Assembly: GCA_965225915.1 (NCBI GenBank)
Contig: OZ245326.1
Location: forward strand, 2,616,701 to 2,680,700
Length of the DNA: 64,000 nt
Direction: 5' to 3'
Source: a bacterium
GTDB taxonomy: Bacteria; JAAXHH01
Under the pieces are notes generated by a model, which saw only the letters and a program-made list of their open reading frames with translations, was not told where the DNA came from and did not search any database. A program made the translations under genes and the position numbers. Below, one piece after another: positions 25,786 through 35,451 of this stretch. Numbering within the stretch: the first letter of the stretch is position 1; each line of letters opens with the position of its first letter.

Positions 25786-27426
25786 CTAAGACCTTCGGAC
25801 CTTTCGCTGCCTTCTTCCGTAGGAGGGCTTGCTGACCTCTGCTACCGGCCCGGAACCGTCGTTGGTATTCGAATCCTCCTTGCGGGCATCCGTAATCCTT
25901 GCGGGGCCGTCCGACGGCGTGGCCACGGCATCGGGTACTTCCCGTGCTGCTGGAGCGGTTTTCGGTTGGACTTTGCGATTATTCCTATTCCTGGCCGACG
26001 GCGTTTTAGTCACGGCATCGGGTACTTCCCGTGCTGCTGGAGCCGTTTCCGGTTGGACGGGGGCCGGGTCTGCCTGCTCAGGCAACCTGTCCTGTCGCGC
26101 GGCCTTCTCTTTGTCGTTGCCGTTCCTGCCTGTCTTGTTCTCGTGACCTTTACCGTTCGTGGTGACCCGGCTGTCATTTACGTCGCCGTTCTCCTTGGCT
26201 GACTCTTCCAGGTTGCTGTCGTCGCGCGCAGGGTCCGCGGCGCCGTTCGACCGCTGGCGCGTGCCTCGCCGGCTCCCGGTCTGCCGGGACCTGCCCGATG
26301 AGCGCTGCGATCGGCTCGAGCCGGATTTTCGGGATGACCGGGATGCGGGTTGTTCCGCTTCGGCCGCCACTGTCTCGCCGCCGGTGTCGCCGTTGGCCGC
26401 GGGGGGCAGGGAACGATAATTTAGCCGACCGGTAGCGGTGGGTTGCGATTTAATCTTGCTGATCAACCGCTTGGGAAACACCATGCGCGCGGTGATGAGC
26501 GGGTTCCCCCACTGGCTGACGTGGAGTCCGCCGCCAAGGCTGACCAGCGCGTAGGCCGTATCGTAATCCAGGGCCTTGTCGTGTGAGATCCATTTCACCA
26601 TCTCGGTTATCGCCAAGCGCGCCGCCTGGTCGACCGTGGACGCGGACGTGATGGTGATCCATTCGCCCTTCGATTCGACCCGGGGCCAGGAAAACCGGCC
26701 ACCGGGCAACGTGTCCAACCTCAGGGTGACCTCCGCCTCGACTTCCACGCCCGATCCGGCAATCTGGCCGTCGCCCACGCAGGCCTTGACATCGCCCAGC
26801 GACAGCAGGGCGCCGTTGACCTGAACGGGCAGGAAGATCTTGGATCCGGTCGTGATTTCCAGGGTGTCCATGTTTCCGCCGTGCCTGCCCGGGTAAACGG
26901 TATCGATCTCCCCATGCTTCGCGGCCACGCCCATGATCCCTATCACCGGGTGCACCGGTAGATTCAGCCGGTCGTCCAGCTGGACCTGTTTGTCGTTAAC
27001 TTCCAGTATCCGCACCTTCGTGTCCTGGATCTCCTGCCCGGGGATGCCCGTTTCCGGCCGCACGGCGAACACGCCGGTACCCGCCGGTTTGATCTGCTTC
27101 ACCTGAATGGACAGGACATCGCCGATGTGGGCTTCATCCACGTAAATGGGACCTGTTACCGGTATTCCGCCGGATTGTTCGACGTTACGATGCGTTTCGG
27201 GTTCTGCCGTGAGAAGGCCCCGGTAGCAGTCCTGCGTTTCCACGACGATGGTCTCGCCGCGGCTGACGGTGATGGCCGGAGAGACGTTCGGGCTGAATAC
27301 CTGGTGAACCCGGTCCTTGGATATCCGTCTTGTCGGCCCTTCGCTTTCTTTCTTGTCGCTTTCTTTCTTGGATGATCTGCGTAACAAAATATGCGTTACC
27401 TCTCTTGGATGCGTTGGAAAATCCAA
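25786..27426 (-). CDS. acetamidase/formamidase-family amidase with ~215-aa disordered basic C-terminal extension
   Basis: The FmdA/AmdA-like core spans about aa 40-330 (GPIYVDEAHIGDVL, GGNMD, GDVKACVGDGQIAGSG). The tail is rich in R, S, G, N, P and D. The TTG start at 27426 is uncertain. Confidence 0.75.
   Translation of the reverse strand: MDFPTHPREVTHILLRRSSKKESDKKESEGPTRRISKDRVHQVFSPNVSPAITVSRGETIVVETQDCYRGLLTAEPETHRNVEQSGGIPVTGPIYVDEAHIGDVLSIQVKQIKPAGTGVFAVRPETGIPGQEIQDTKVRILEVNDKQVQLDDRLNLPVHPVIGIMGVAAKHGEIDTVYPGRHGGNMDTLEITTGSKIFLPVQVNGALLSLGDVKACVGDGQIAGSGVEVEAEVTLRLDTLPGGRFSWPRVESKGEWITITSASTVDQAARLAITEMVKWISHDKALDYDTAYALVSLGGGLHVSQWGNPLITARMVFPKRLISKIKSQPTATGRLNYRSLPPAANGDTGGETVAAEAEQPASRSSRKSGSSRSQRSSGRSRQTGSRRGTRQRSNGAADPARDDSNLEESAKENGDVNDSRVTTNGKGHENKTGRNGNDKEKAARQDRLPEQADPAPVQPETAPAAREVPDAVTKTPSARNRNNRKVQPKTAPAAREVPDAVATPSDGPARITDARKEDSNTNDGSGPVAEVSKPSYGRRQRKVRRS
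25924..26057. repeat. two imperfect 47-bp direct repeats (period 87 bp) inside the amidase tail
   Basis: The core cacggcatcgggtacttcccgtgctgctggagc is identical at 25924-25956 and 26011-26043. The repeats encode PxTAPAAREVPDAV twice. Confidence 0.9.
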
Positions 27427-27436
27427 CAGGAGCGGC

Positions 27437-28516
27437 TCAGCCGAAGAGCTCGTCTCCGTAGGCGAAAATGGCGGGCGTTCCTCCCGTATGCAGGAAGACG
27501 ACGGCGTCGTCAGTCTGGAATCGCCCTTCCCTGATGTGGCCGACCAGGCCGTCCATGGCCTTGGCCGTGTATACCGGGTCGAGTACGATGCCCTCGGTCT
27601 GCGCTACCAGGCGCATGGTTTCGAGGCTGGTCCGCGACGGTTCGCCGAAATCCGGTTTGGCGTACTGGCACGTAACATCGAAATCGTCCGGCGTGAAAGT
27701 GTGTTTCAGTCCAATGACCGAGGCGCATTCGTTGGCCACGGGCGCGAGGCGTTCCTGCATTTCCCGGTCGTCCCCCACCCAGTAATTGAGCCCGACTGCC
27801 TTGAAACAGGCGGAGACGGCGCGCAGTCCGACCACCAGCCCGACGATGGTATAGGTCATGGAACTTGTATAAATGGCCCTGGGCGCGATACCCCGCTGCG
27901 CAAGCTGTTCGCACAGTTCCAGGGTGGCGTCCACGTAGGCCACGGCGCGAAGGATCGCCCCGTCCCGGCTCGTGTCGTAAGGCTTTGATCCTTTTGCTTT
28001 TAATCCATTGATCTGCTTTTCCACTTCATCATTCACGGTCAGCGGGAAGACGTATTTGATCTGGTCCGCCATGAGATGGTTGAGCAGCAGGTTGCCGGAA
28101 ACAGGATAAGATCGATGGTCCCGCGGGATGACCACGACGGACTTCATTCCCAGCCGGGCGGCGGCAGCGGCGGTCTGCGGAGATTGGTTGGACTGGGAAT
28201 CCGAGCCGTGGACCAGGTAATCGCACCCGTTTTCCAGGGCGGGTCCCAGGGAGTAGGTGAACTGGCGGGCCTTGTTTCCACCCATGGCCAGCCCAGTCAT
28301 GTCGTCGCGCTTGATGAGAATCCGAGGGCCTTCGAGGGCTTCCTTCAGGCGAGGACAGTCCTGTAGCGGTGTGGGTAGATGGGCCACCGGGGCCCGGGTG
28401 AATCTACCCAGCAGGTGACGCAATTCCTGCGCGGCGTCACGGTCGTACAACTTCAAAATGCTTACTCCAGCAGGCGAAACACGGGATTTTCTCTTGGGAA
28501 GATCCCGTGGGTTCAC
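27437..28516 (-). CDS. PLP-dependent ACC deaminase/D-cysteine desulfhydrase-family enzyme
   Basis: LIKRDDMTGLAMGGNKARQF...GSDSQSNQSPQTAAAAARLG matches the family hallmark. The GTG start directly abuts the ggt stop. Confidence 0.75.
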   Translation of the reverse strand: MNPRDLPKRKSRVSPAGVSILKLYDRDAAQELRHLLGRFTRAPVAHLPTPLQDCPRLKEALEGPRILIKRDDMTGLAMGGNKARQFTYSLGPALENGCDYLVHGSDSQSNQSPQTAAAAARLGMKSVVVIPRDHRSYPVSGNLLLNHLMADQIKYVFPLTVNDEVEKQINGLKAKGSKPYDTSRDGAILRAVAYVDATLELCEQLAQRGIAPRAIYTSSMTYTIVGLVVGLRAVSACFKAVGLNYWVGDDREMQERLAPVANECASVIGLKHTFTPDDFDVTCQYAKPDFGEPSRTSLETMRLVAQTEGIVLDPVYTAKAMDGLVGHIREGRFQTDDAVVFLHTGGTPAIFAYGDELFG

Positions 28517-30289
28517 CTAGTGACCGAATGCAGCGCCCTCGATCCGGGGGTCCGGCGCCCCCAGGCGGTAGCCGGTGTCGGGGTCCACCATGATACTGTG
28601 GCCATCTCCCTGGCGGTAGGAACCGCCCCCGAAACCCCGGCTGCTCAGCTCATGACCCTTGGCCTGCAAAGTTTCCGCAGTCTCGCGTCCCACTCCGTTC
28701 TCGGCTCGGAGACGGTCCGGGAACCACTGGTGGTGGATTCGCGGTGCGTCGACTGCTTCCTGGATATTCATGCCATGGTCGATGACGTTCAGGATCAACT
28801 GCATTGTCGTATTGATGATCGTGCGTCCCCCGGGACTGCCCACCACCAGGTACAGGTCGCCGTTCCGCGTGACGATGGTCGGGGACATAGAACTCAACAT
28901 GCGTTTGTTCGGTTCGATGAGATTCGGCTCCGTTCCAATCTGTCCGGTGGATCTTGTTATTCCCGGCTGCGGATTGAAGTCGCCCATCTCGTTGTTGGTG
29001 ATCATGCCCGTTCCCGCGATGACTATATGGGACCCGTATCCACCTTCCAGCGTGTAGGTGTTTGAAACGGCGTTGCCCCACTGGTCGGCGACGGAGTAAT
29101 GGGTGGTCTGAACACTTTCCGCGGGCAAGGTCAATTCCGGTCCCACCTCTTCGCTCGGCGTGGCGAAGAAGGGATCGATAGTGGACCGTAGCTTGGCCGC
29201 GTATTCCTTCGTCGTGAGATGTTCCGGAATCTCGACGAAGTCCGCGTCGCCAAGGTGCCGGGCCCGGTCGGCGTAGGCTCGGCGCATTGCCTCGGTCATG
29301 ACGTGAAGGGTGTTGGATGAATTATGCCCCATCCGGCCCAGGTCGTAGCCTTCGAGTATGTTGACCATCAACGACATGGTAATGCCGCCCGAACTCGGCG
29401 GCGGCATGGATATGATCTCGTATTCATCTCTGTACGTAGTGCGGACGGGTTCCCGGATGATCGCCTGGTAGTTCGCAAGGTCGGTGCGGTCGATCATCCC
29501 GCCCCCGGCCTTCATGTCCTTTTCGATCAATTCGGCGGTTCTGCCCTTGTAGAACCCGTCGTGGCCGTCCCTGGCGATAAGCTTCAGGGTTTCCGCCAGG
29601 TCTTTCTGTATCCAACGATCGCCTGCCTGCCAATCCTCTCCGTCCGCCCGCAGCATGGCCTTCTTGCTCGCGGGAATCTGGTTGAAGATGGCTGTGCGGC
29701 TGTTTAATCCCCGGGCGATGCGCTCTGTCAGTATAATGCCCTGTTCCGCGAGATTGATGGCGGGCTGGATGACTTCCGCCATGGACATGGTGCCGTATTT
29801 CTCCAGGGCCAGGGCGAATCCGGCCACGGTCCCCGGCACGCCGATAGCCAGGTGATGAATGCGGTTGGTAGGGGGGTGGTAGGTTGAACCGTTGCCTCGG
29901 GTGAGGGTGATGTTCGGGTTCACGGCGCGGTTGCCGTCATCATCCAGGTACATCCCGGCATGCGCTTTTCCCGGCGCTTTTTCCCGATAGTCAACTGCCA
30001 CGGCCGTGCCGTCGGCCATGCGAATAACCATGAAGCCGCCACCGCCGATATTCCCGGCGGAGGGATGGGTAACCGCCAGGGCCAATCCCAGCGCCACGGC
30101 GGCGTCGACGGCGTTTCCGCCGTTCTTAAGAATGTCCGCGGCGATTTTCGTGGCCATGGGTTCCACGGCCACCGCCATGCCCTTTTTGCCGACTACAGGT
30201 TTGCGGGACGCCGCAACCGCATCGTGGACAGCTATAGACGACAGAATCAGGCCGCACACCGCGACAAGAATTTTCAATCGATGCATCAT
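28517..30289 (-). CDS. ggt: gamma-glutamyltranspeptidase, secreted
   Basis: Signal peptide MMHRLKILVAVCGLILSSIAV. THPSAGNIGGGGFMVI and the autoprocessing site TTHYSVAD are both present. Confidence 0.9.
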   Translation of the reverse strand: MMHRLKILVAVCGLILSSIAVHDAVAASRKPVVGKKGMAVAVEPMATKIAADILKNGGNAVDAAVALGLALAVTHPSAGNIGGGGFMVIRMADGTAVAVDYREKAPGKAHAGMYLDDDGNRAVNPNITLTRGNGSTYHPPTNRIHHLAIGVPGTVAGFALALEKYGTMSMAEVIQPAINLAEQGIILTERIARGLNSRTAIFNQIPASKKAMLRADGEDWQAGDRWIQKDLAETLKLIARDGHDGFYKGRTAELIEKDMKAGGGMIDRTDLANYQAIIREPVRTTYRDEYEIISMPPPSSGGITMSLMVNILEGYDLGRMGHNSSNTLHVMTEAMRRAYADRARHLGDADFVEIPEHLTTKEYAAKLRSTIDPFFATPSEEVGPELTLPAESVQTTHYSVADQWGNAVSNTYTLEGGYGSHIVIAGTGMITNNEMGDFNPQPGITRSTGQIGTEPNLIEPNKRMLSSMSPTIVTRNGDLYLVVGSPGGRTIINTTMQLILNVIDHGMNIQEAVDAPRIHHQWFPDRLRAENGVGRETAETLQAKGHELSSRGFGGGSYRQGDGHSIMVDPDTGYRLGAPDPRIEGAAFGH

Positions 30290-30619
30290 TTACCGTATCC
30301 TTGTTCCGACGATGACAACGCCGTGATGCTCATGGGTCGAATGGGGACTAAGGGCACATCCCTCGTTAAACCAGCGGATTCCAAGTCTGTGCGTTGGAAC
30401 CGGCACTGGCAATAAAGGCGAGGTTTAAAGGCAAGTCAAGGCCTATATGCGCCATGCATCCGAAGAATTACCACTTAGATAGATACGCCCGCGGGCCGCC
30501 GTGTCTTCAGTTTTTCTCTGTTGATCCAGCCGCATGGTCTCCGTATATTCGAACGATGTTCCAAGCGAGCAAAACAACGGTTCCGACTCACGTGCAATAC
30601 CCATTTTCAGGTGCCCTCC

Positions 30620-31768
30620 ATGCGTAAACACTATCGATTGATGATACCCGGTCCAGTCGAAATCAGTCCCGACGTACTGGCCCATATGAGCGATCCCCTC
30701 ACCGCCCATTACGGGGACCGCTGGGTGGAAATCTGGCGGAAGACCGTTTCCAATCTGCAGCGTGTGATCGGAACGGAAGGAGAGGTTTTTATACTCGTGG
30801 GATCGGGACACACGGCCAACGACGTGGCCATGAACAGTCTGTTCAATCCCGGTGACCGGATCCTGACGCTCGACAACGGCCTGTTCGGCCAACGCCTGGA
30901 CGATCTCGCCCTGGCTTTCGGTCTCGATTCGGTGGTGTCGAAGAAACCCTGGGGGATTCCCTTCGAAGCGTCGGATATCCACGCGGCGGCGGCGGACAAC
31001 CCCGGACTGAAGGCGGTCTTCATGGTGCACGGGGAGACATCGACTGGTGTGGCCAACCCGGTGAGGGAACTGGCTGCAGCCGCCCGGGAACACGGGATGC
31101 TCGTACTGGTGGATTCCATAGCGTCCCTGGGCGGTGAGCAGTACCTGATGGATGCCTGGGACATCGACATCACGACATGCGCCTCCCAGAAGGCCCTGGG
31201 CGCGCCGCCGGGCCTGGCCCTCGTAGCCGTGGGCGACCGGGCCTGGGACGCCATGAAAGACCGGAAAGAGCCCCGTGGATTCATGGCCGATCTACAGAAT
31301 CTGCGGCACTTCGCCGAAACGCAGGCCCATGTCCATCCCCATCCCGGCACCATGCCCGTCAACAACTTCGTCGCCCTGGAGAAAAGCACGGCTTTCATCC
31401 TGGAAGAAGAAGGGCTCGAGGCCACCTGGTCCCGCCACAGACGGGTAGCCCGCGTAGTGCGTGAAGGGGTCCGTGCCATGGGACTGAAGGTCATGGCCGA
31501 GGAGCGGGCCGCCTGCGTCAATATGACGGTCATCCTGTCGGAAGACCGGTTCAAACCCGTCGCCTTTTCCGATTTCATGAAAGCCGAGTACGGCATGCAT
31601 GTCGGCCTGGGCTTGGGAGACTACGTGAACCGAACGATTCGCGTGGGCCACATGGGGCAGAACGCCGCCCTCGAGGCCGTCACGCCGTTCCTCGTTGGCC
31701 TTGAACAATACCTGCGCCGGCAGGGGCACGCCGTGGAACGGGGTGCGTCCCTTGCCGGACTGGACTGA
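30620..31768 (+). CDS. class V aminotransferase (serine-pyruvate/alanine-glyoxylate type)
   Basis: MIPGPVEISPDVL start and typical class V layout. The start is taken at MRKHYRL (30620) rather than the upstream in-frame extension. Confidence 0.8.
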   Translation: MRKHYRLMIPGPVEISPDVLAHMSDPLTAHYGDRWVEIWRKTVSNLQRVIGTEGEVFILVGSGHTANDVAMNSLFNPGDRILTLDNGLFGQRLDDLALAFGLDSVVSKKPWGIPFEASDIHAAAADNPGLKAVFMVHGETSTGVANPVRELAAAAREHGMLVLVDSIASLGGEQYLMDAWDIDITTCASQKALGAPPGLALVAVGDRAWDAMKDRKEPRGFMADLQNLRHFAETQAHVHPHPGTMPVNNFVALEKSTAFILEEEGLEATWSRHRRVARVVREGVRAMGLKVMAEERAACVNMTVILSEDRFKPVAFSDFMKAEYGMHVGLGLGDYVNRTIRVGHMGQNAALEAVTPFLVGLEQYLRRQGHAVERGASLAGLD

Positions 31769-31848
31769 AACACTGCCTGACTAAACTGACATATTGCTGA
31801 CCCGGACTGATAAAAAGAAAGCCGGACTGACCTGGAGGAGGCATTCTC

Positions 31849-32175
31849 ATGATCTATGAAGAACGTATCTACAAAATCATGCCCGGCCGCGTGCCGGATA
31901 TCCTGAACCGGTTCACCCATCACGCCGTACCGCTCTTCGAGAAACACGGCATGAAGCTGGTCGGTTTCTGGCAGACCGTGGTGGGACCGAGCAACCATGA
32001 ACTTACCTACCTGCTGGCCTTCGATGACACGGCGCACCGAGACCGCGCCTGGGCGGCGTTCATGAGCGATCCAGCCTGGATCGAGGCCAAGGCCGCCAGC
32101 GAAACAAACGGACCGCTGGTTGCGGACGTGGCAAACCGTATCCTCGCGCCGGTTCCCTTTTCTCCCCTGCAATAG
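31849..32175 (+). CDS. NIPSNAP-family protein
   Basis: MIYEERIYKIMPG...HGMKLVGFW...TYLLAFDD pattern. A GGAGGAGG RBS lies upstream. Confidence 0.7.
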   Translation: MIYEERIYKIMPGRVPDILNRFTHHAVPLFEKHGMKLVGFWQTVVGPSNHELTYLLAFDDTAHRDRAWAAFMSDPAWIEAKAASETNGPLVADVANRILAPVPFSPLQ

Positions 32176-32219
32176 TACGAAAGACGATTTCGGCGCCTGT
32201 GAACCGAGGTGCCGGGCCT

Positions 32220-33152
32220 TTAGGGCACGTAGGGCGATCCCGTTCGACGCAGTTCCTTCGTTACCGCCAGTTGACAGGTGACGTAGGCATTCCCGTCCAC
32301 GTTGCCGCGCCGGTTCATCAGGCCGGCGGCGTAGCCCGGACGGGCGTCGGCGATGGTGCCGACGATAAGGTTGGCGTATTCCACGGTGGTGTCGTAACGG
32401 TCCGCGATGAGGGCGTTCATTTCGCTCCAGGCGATCTTCACGGCCTCTTCCCAGTTGTAACCCTGGCCGCTGGTCAGGTATTCTTCCTGGGACTCCACGA
32501 TCCGGGTCTTCTCCACGACCGGACTGCTGCAGGGGAAACCCGGTGAGCGATCCACCCGCATGGTGATCGTGGAATCGATTTCGACTCCAGTACCCGTCAG
32601 CTCGCCGTCTCCCATGCGCGCGTGTACATCTCCCAGCGAGAGCAGCCCCCCGGGTTTCTGCGCACGGATGTGCACCGTGCTTCCCGGTTGAATCCCGTTA
32701 AAGTCCATGTTGCCGCCGGTATCGATCTGGTGGAGAGCCACGGACTCCAGCTGCACGACGCCGATCATGGGGCGAACAGGTACAACGAAATCGGGTGGAA
32801 AATGTACGAGGCCGTCCCTTACCGGTGCTATGAGCCGGAGGCTACCCCAGTGGGGGCCGCCGTTTCGGTAGAATCCATAGGCGCCGACTTCCATGTCGAG
32901 GATCTCCACGGACACCCAGTCTCCGGCCTCGATCCCCTCGATGCAGAAGGGACCGCACGGGCGTGAAAACCGGTAGGGATCCACGTCCATGACCGCCCCG
33001 GCCCGCAGGTCTTTCTTGGCAAGGTAATCCTGGTCATGCCCACCAAATGTTTCGACCTGGACCGTTTCACCGGGTTCGAGTACACCGCGGGTTTCACGGA
33101 ATGTCGGATCGTCCGGTCCGGAGAGATAGGGCGTGCGGGTAAACCGTCGCAT
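32220..33152 (-). CDS. acetamidase/formamidase-family amidase
   Basis: GPFCIEGIEAGDWV, GGNMDFN and GDVHARMGDGELTGTG blocks parallel the amidase at 25786-27426. Confidence 0.8.
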   Translation of the reverse strand: MRRFTRTPYLSGPDDPTFRETRGVLEPGETVQVETFGGHDQDYLAKKDLRAGAVMDVDPYRFSRPCGPFCIEGIEAGDWVSVEILDMEVGAYGFYRNGGPHWGSLRLIAPVRDGLVHFPPDFVVPVRPMIGVVQLESVALHQIDTGGNMDFNGIQPGSTVHIRAQKPGGLLSLGDVHARMGDGELTGTGVEIDSTITMRVDRSPGFPCSSPVVEKTRIVESQEEYLTSGQGYNWEEAVKIAWSEMNALIADRYDTTVEYANLIVGTIADARPGYAAGLMNRRGNVDGNAYVTCQLAVTKELRRTGSPYVP

Positions 33153-33314
33153 GATTCGCTCCTTCCGTTGGATAAAACTCCGGATACGGGTTCCGGTTTT
33201 TATTTGCTTTATATGGATTCTACGGGACTATATTATTGATGTCAGATACTCCCAAACAAATCATTACGTGGCAAAATATCAAGCAGGCTGGTCCAATTAG
33301 ACGGAGACGCTCCG

Positions 33315-34166
33315 ATGAAACTGACCAAACAGCAACTGGCGTTCATGGACACCTTCGGCTTCCTGGGTTTTCCCGGGTTATTGAAGGACCGAATCGACGG
33401 GATCATCGACGCCTTCGAGACAGTCTGGATCGAACGCGGCGGCGGTCATCACGGCAGCGATCACGACGGAAAGGCCCGGTCCTGCATCGTGCCGTTTATT
33501 GACCAGCACCCGTTTCTCTCGGCCCTGCTGGACGATCCCACGGTCAACGGTATTTTCAGCAGTCTGCTCGGAGATGATTTCGTCTACCTGGGGAGTGACG
33601 GCAATTTCTACGTCGCCGATACGGGATGGCATTCCGATACGGACTGGTCCGGCAAGATGCGCGGCAAGCCGCCGCGTATCTACTTCAAAATGGCCCTTTA
33701 CCTGGATCCATTGACGCGGGAAACAGGGGCGCTGCGGGTGATCCCGGGCAGTCACCGGTACGGGGACGCCTACGCGGAGTCCCTTGAATCCTCGATCAGG
33801 AAATCACCTGAGAACTGGGGTATAGAAGGCTGGGAGGTGCCGGCCGTGGCCCTGGAGACACAGCCCGGGGACATCGCCGTGTTCAACCAGAACACCAAGC
33901 ACAGCGCATGGGGCGGTAGCGACCGCCGCCGGATGTTCACGATCAACTGCACGGCGCGTTTCGCCGACCGCGACATGCAGATCCTGAAGAACGAGATCGC
34001 TGCAAGCGCCCGTTTCTGGCTGGATAACGTCTACGGAGAGGCCATGCTGAAGACGGCCGGGCCGGGTCGCATGAAGCACCTGGAACAACCCCTGGCGCAC
34101 CAGTCCCACCTCGAGGAGGAAGTGCGCAAGGCCAAGGCGCGCATGTCGGAACCGTCGAGGGGATAG
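33315..34166 (+). CDS. PhyH-family Fe(II)/2OG dioxygenase (subgroup with 45780 and 53154)
   Basis: FMDTFGFLGFPGLL, GWHSDTDW (HxD), GALRVIPGSHRYGD and NTKHSAWGG. Confidence 0.8.
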   Translation: MKLTKQQLAFMDTFGFLGFPGLLKDRIDGIIDAFETVWIERGGGHHGSDHDGKARSCIVPFIDQHPFLSALLDDPTVNGIFSSLLGDDFVYLGSDGNFYVADTGWHSDTDWSGKMRGKPPRIYFKMALYLDPLTRETGALRVIPGSHRYGDAYAESLESSIRKSPENWGIEGWEVPAVALETQPGDIAVFNQNTKHSAWGGSDRRRMFTINCTARFADRDMQILKNEIAASARFWLDNVYGEAMLKTAGPGRMKHLEQPLAHQSHLEEEVRKAKARMSEPSRG

Positions 34167-34222
34167 GCCGCGCTCAAAGGCCCACCGACCAGCTACTAAC
34201 GGCCGGGCTTCATGGTTTGGCC

Positions 34223-35227
34223 TTACCGCCACTGCTGCCGGGTTCGTACCTCCGACAGGAAACGCCTGGCGTTACCGGAGAAGTGATCCTCGATCTCCTG
34301 CGAAGTCAGTCCCAGCATCTCCGCCACCTGTTTCTCCTGCCGCAACTGCTCGTAGATAACCAGCGTCGCCCGCGGATCGCAGTGGGGCGTGGTTTCTGTC
34401 GTCCCCTCGTAATAGGTCCACGCGCGGCCATAGGTGACATACTTCCCGCGGGCGCATCCTGCTACGATATTGTCCGAGCCGAACATGACCCGGGATCGGT
34501 CCTCGTGTTTCATCAGCAGGTAATGGGAGTAGAGGTCGTTCACGGCCGACGTGTCGTACCAGATGTTGGGCAGGCCGGTGAGGAAGTGAATGGCCCGTTC
34601 CATCATGAAGGCGTTGAACGCCCGCGCACAGTGAGCGAGGATCCACTGTGCGCGTGGATACCTTTTCGTGTAATACGCCAGGTCCCTCTGGTTGTCCGCG
34701 TCCGCGGGTCCATCCGGCTTGGACATGTGCATGGTGATGGCGAGACCCAGGTCGTCGGCCACCTCGATGAAGGATTCCGGTAGGAATTCGCAAATTCTGC
34801 AGTGGGTGGGGTCCGGCGCGAAGGTCCGGTACGGCTTCAGGCCCAGGAAACCGTGTCTTTTTACCTGCGCGGCCACGTAATCGGGCGTCATGTCGGGCGT
34901 CACCATCATGTTGATCCCCGATTCGGGATCCTGCTTCATTTCCCGGGCCATCCAATCGTTGTGCCCCTCCGTGTCGATCCCGCCCACGATGGGCGTGCCG
35001 AGAACCAGGTAGTGCATTTCGCGGCCGGGATACATCTTTGCCGCCCAGTCCAGGTGGTCCTGGTAGTCGATCTCCAGACGCAAGCCCGTGGATTCCGTGG
35101 TCAATCGTCCCTTGTGCCGCTCCGACCACATGTGGACGTGCATGTCGTAGACCGTATCCGGCACGAAACCGGCCAGCTCGTCTTCCCATATATCCCGGTC
35201 GAATTCCTGGTAGTCCAGCGTGTACAT
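34223..35227 (-). CDS. Amidohydro_2-type metal-dependent hydrolase
   Basis: VYDMHVHMW metal-binding start and FGSDN near the C-terminus. The ATG at 35227 has AGGAG upstream; the longer ORF start is rejected. Confidence 0.7.
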   Translation of the reverse strand: MYTLDYQEFDRDIWEDELAGFVPDTVYDMHVHMWSERHKGRLTTESTGLRLEIDYQDHLDWAAKMYPGREMHYLVLGTPIVGGIDTEGHNDWMAREMKQDPESGINMMVTPDMTPDYVAAQVKRHGFLGLKPYRTFAPDPTHCRICEFLPESFIEVADDLGLAITMHMSKPDGPADADNQRDLAYYTKRYPRAQWILAHCARAFNAFMMERAIHFLTGLPNIWYDTSAVNDLYSHYLLMKHEDRSRVMFGSDNIVAGCARGKYVTYGRAWTYYEGTTETTPHCDPRATLVIYEQLRQEKQVAEMLGLTSQEIEDHFSGNARRFLSEVRTRQQWR

Positions 35228-35451
35228 GGTTGCTCCTCGTTGTATGATCGGATCCTGTGGTGATTCGCGATGGCTTTGCGTCCAGAACACGTATGAACGC
35301 TCCGGGAGACTATCCACATGCAGAAAACTTATTGTACCCTTTAAATGTCACCTGTTCAAGACCAAAAGAACCTTTGACAATACCCCTCCTCGACCGCTTA
35401 TTCCCTGCGAGGTCAATCCCCAAAAAACTGCCATCGAAGATGGAGGTCATC

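Noticed and set aside
25924-26057. Direct repeats that might suggest a CRISPR array (47-bp units here; also the 35-bp tandem at 6319 and the 27-bp tandem at 42118).
   Set aside because: Each has only two copies. They lie inside coding sequence or lack spacers, and there are no cas genes. They are simple duplications.
30395-30411. Sigma-54-like sequence ttggaaccggcactggcaa upstream of the class V aminotransferase.
   Set aside because: The GG-to-GC spacing is off by one relative to the TGGCAC-N5-TTGC consensus. No enhancer-binding protein gene is nearby, and the site lies ~210 nt from the start codon.
33190-33220. Hairpin ccgga-tacgggt-tccgg followed by a T-run, resembling an intrinsic terminator.
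   Set aside because: It lies in a divergent promoter region, upstream of both flanking genes. The stem is only 5 bp, so a terminator role is not supported.
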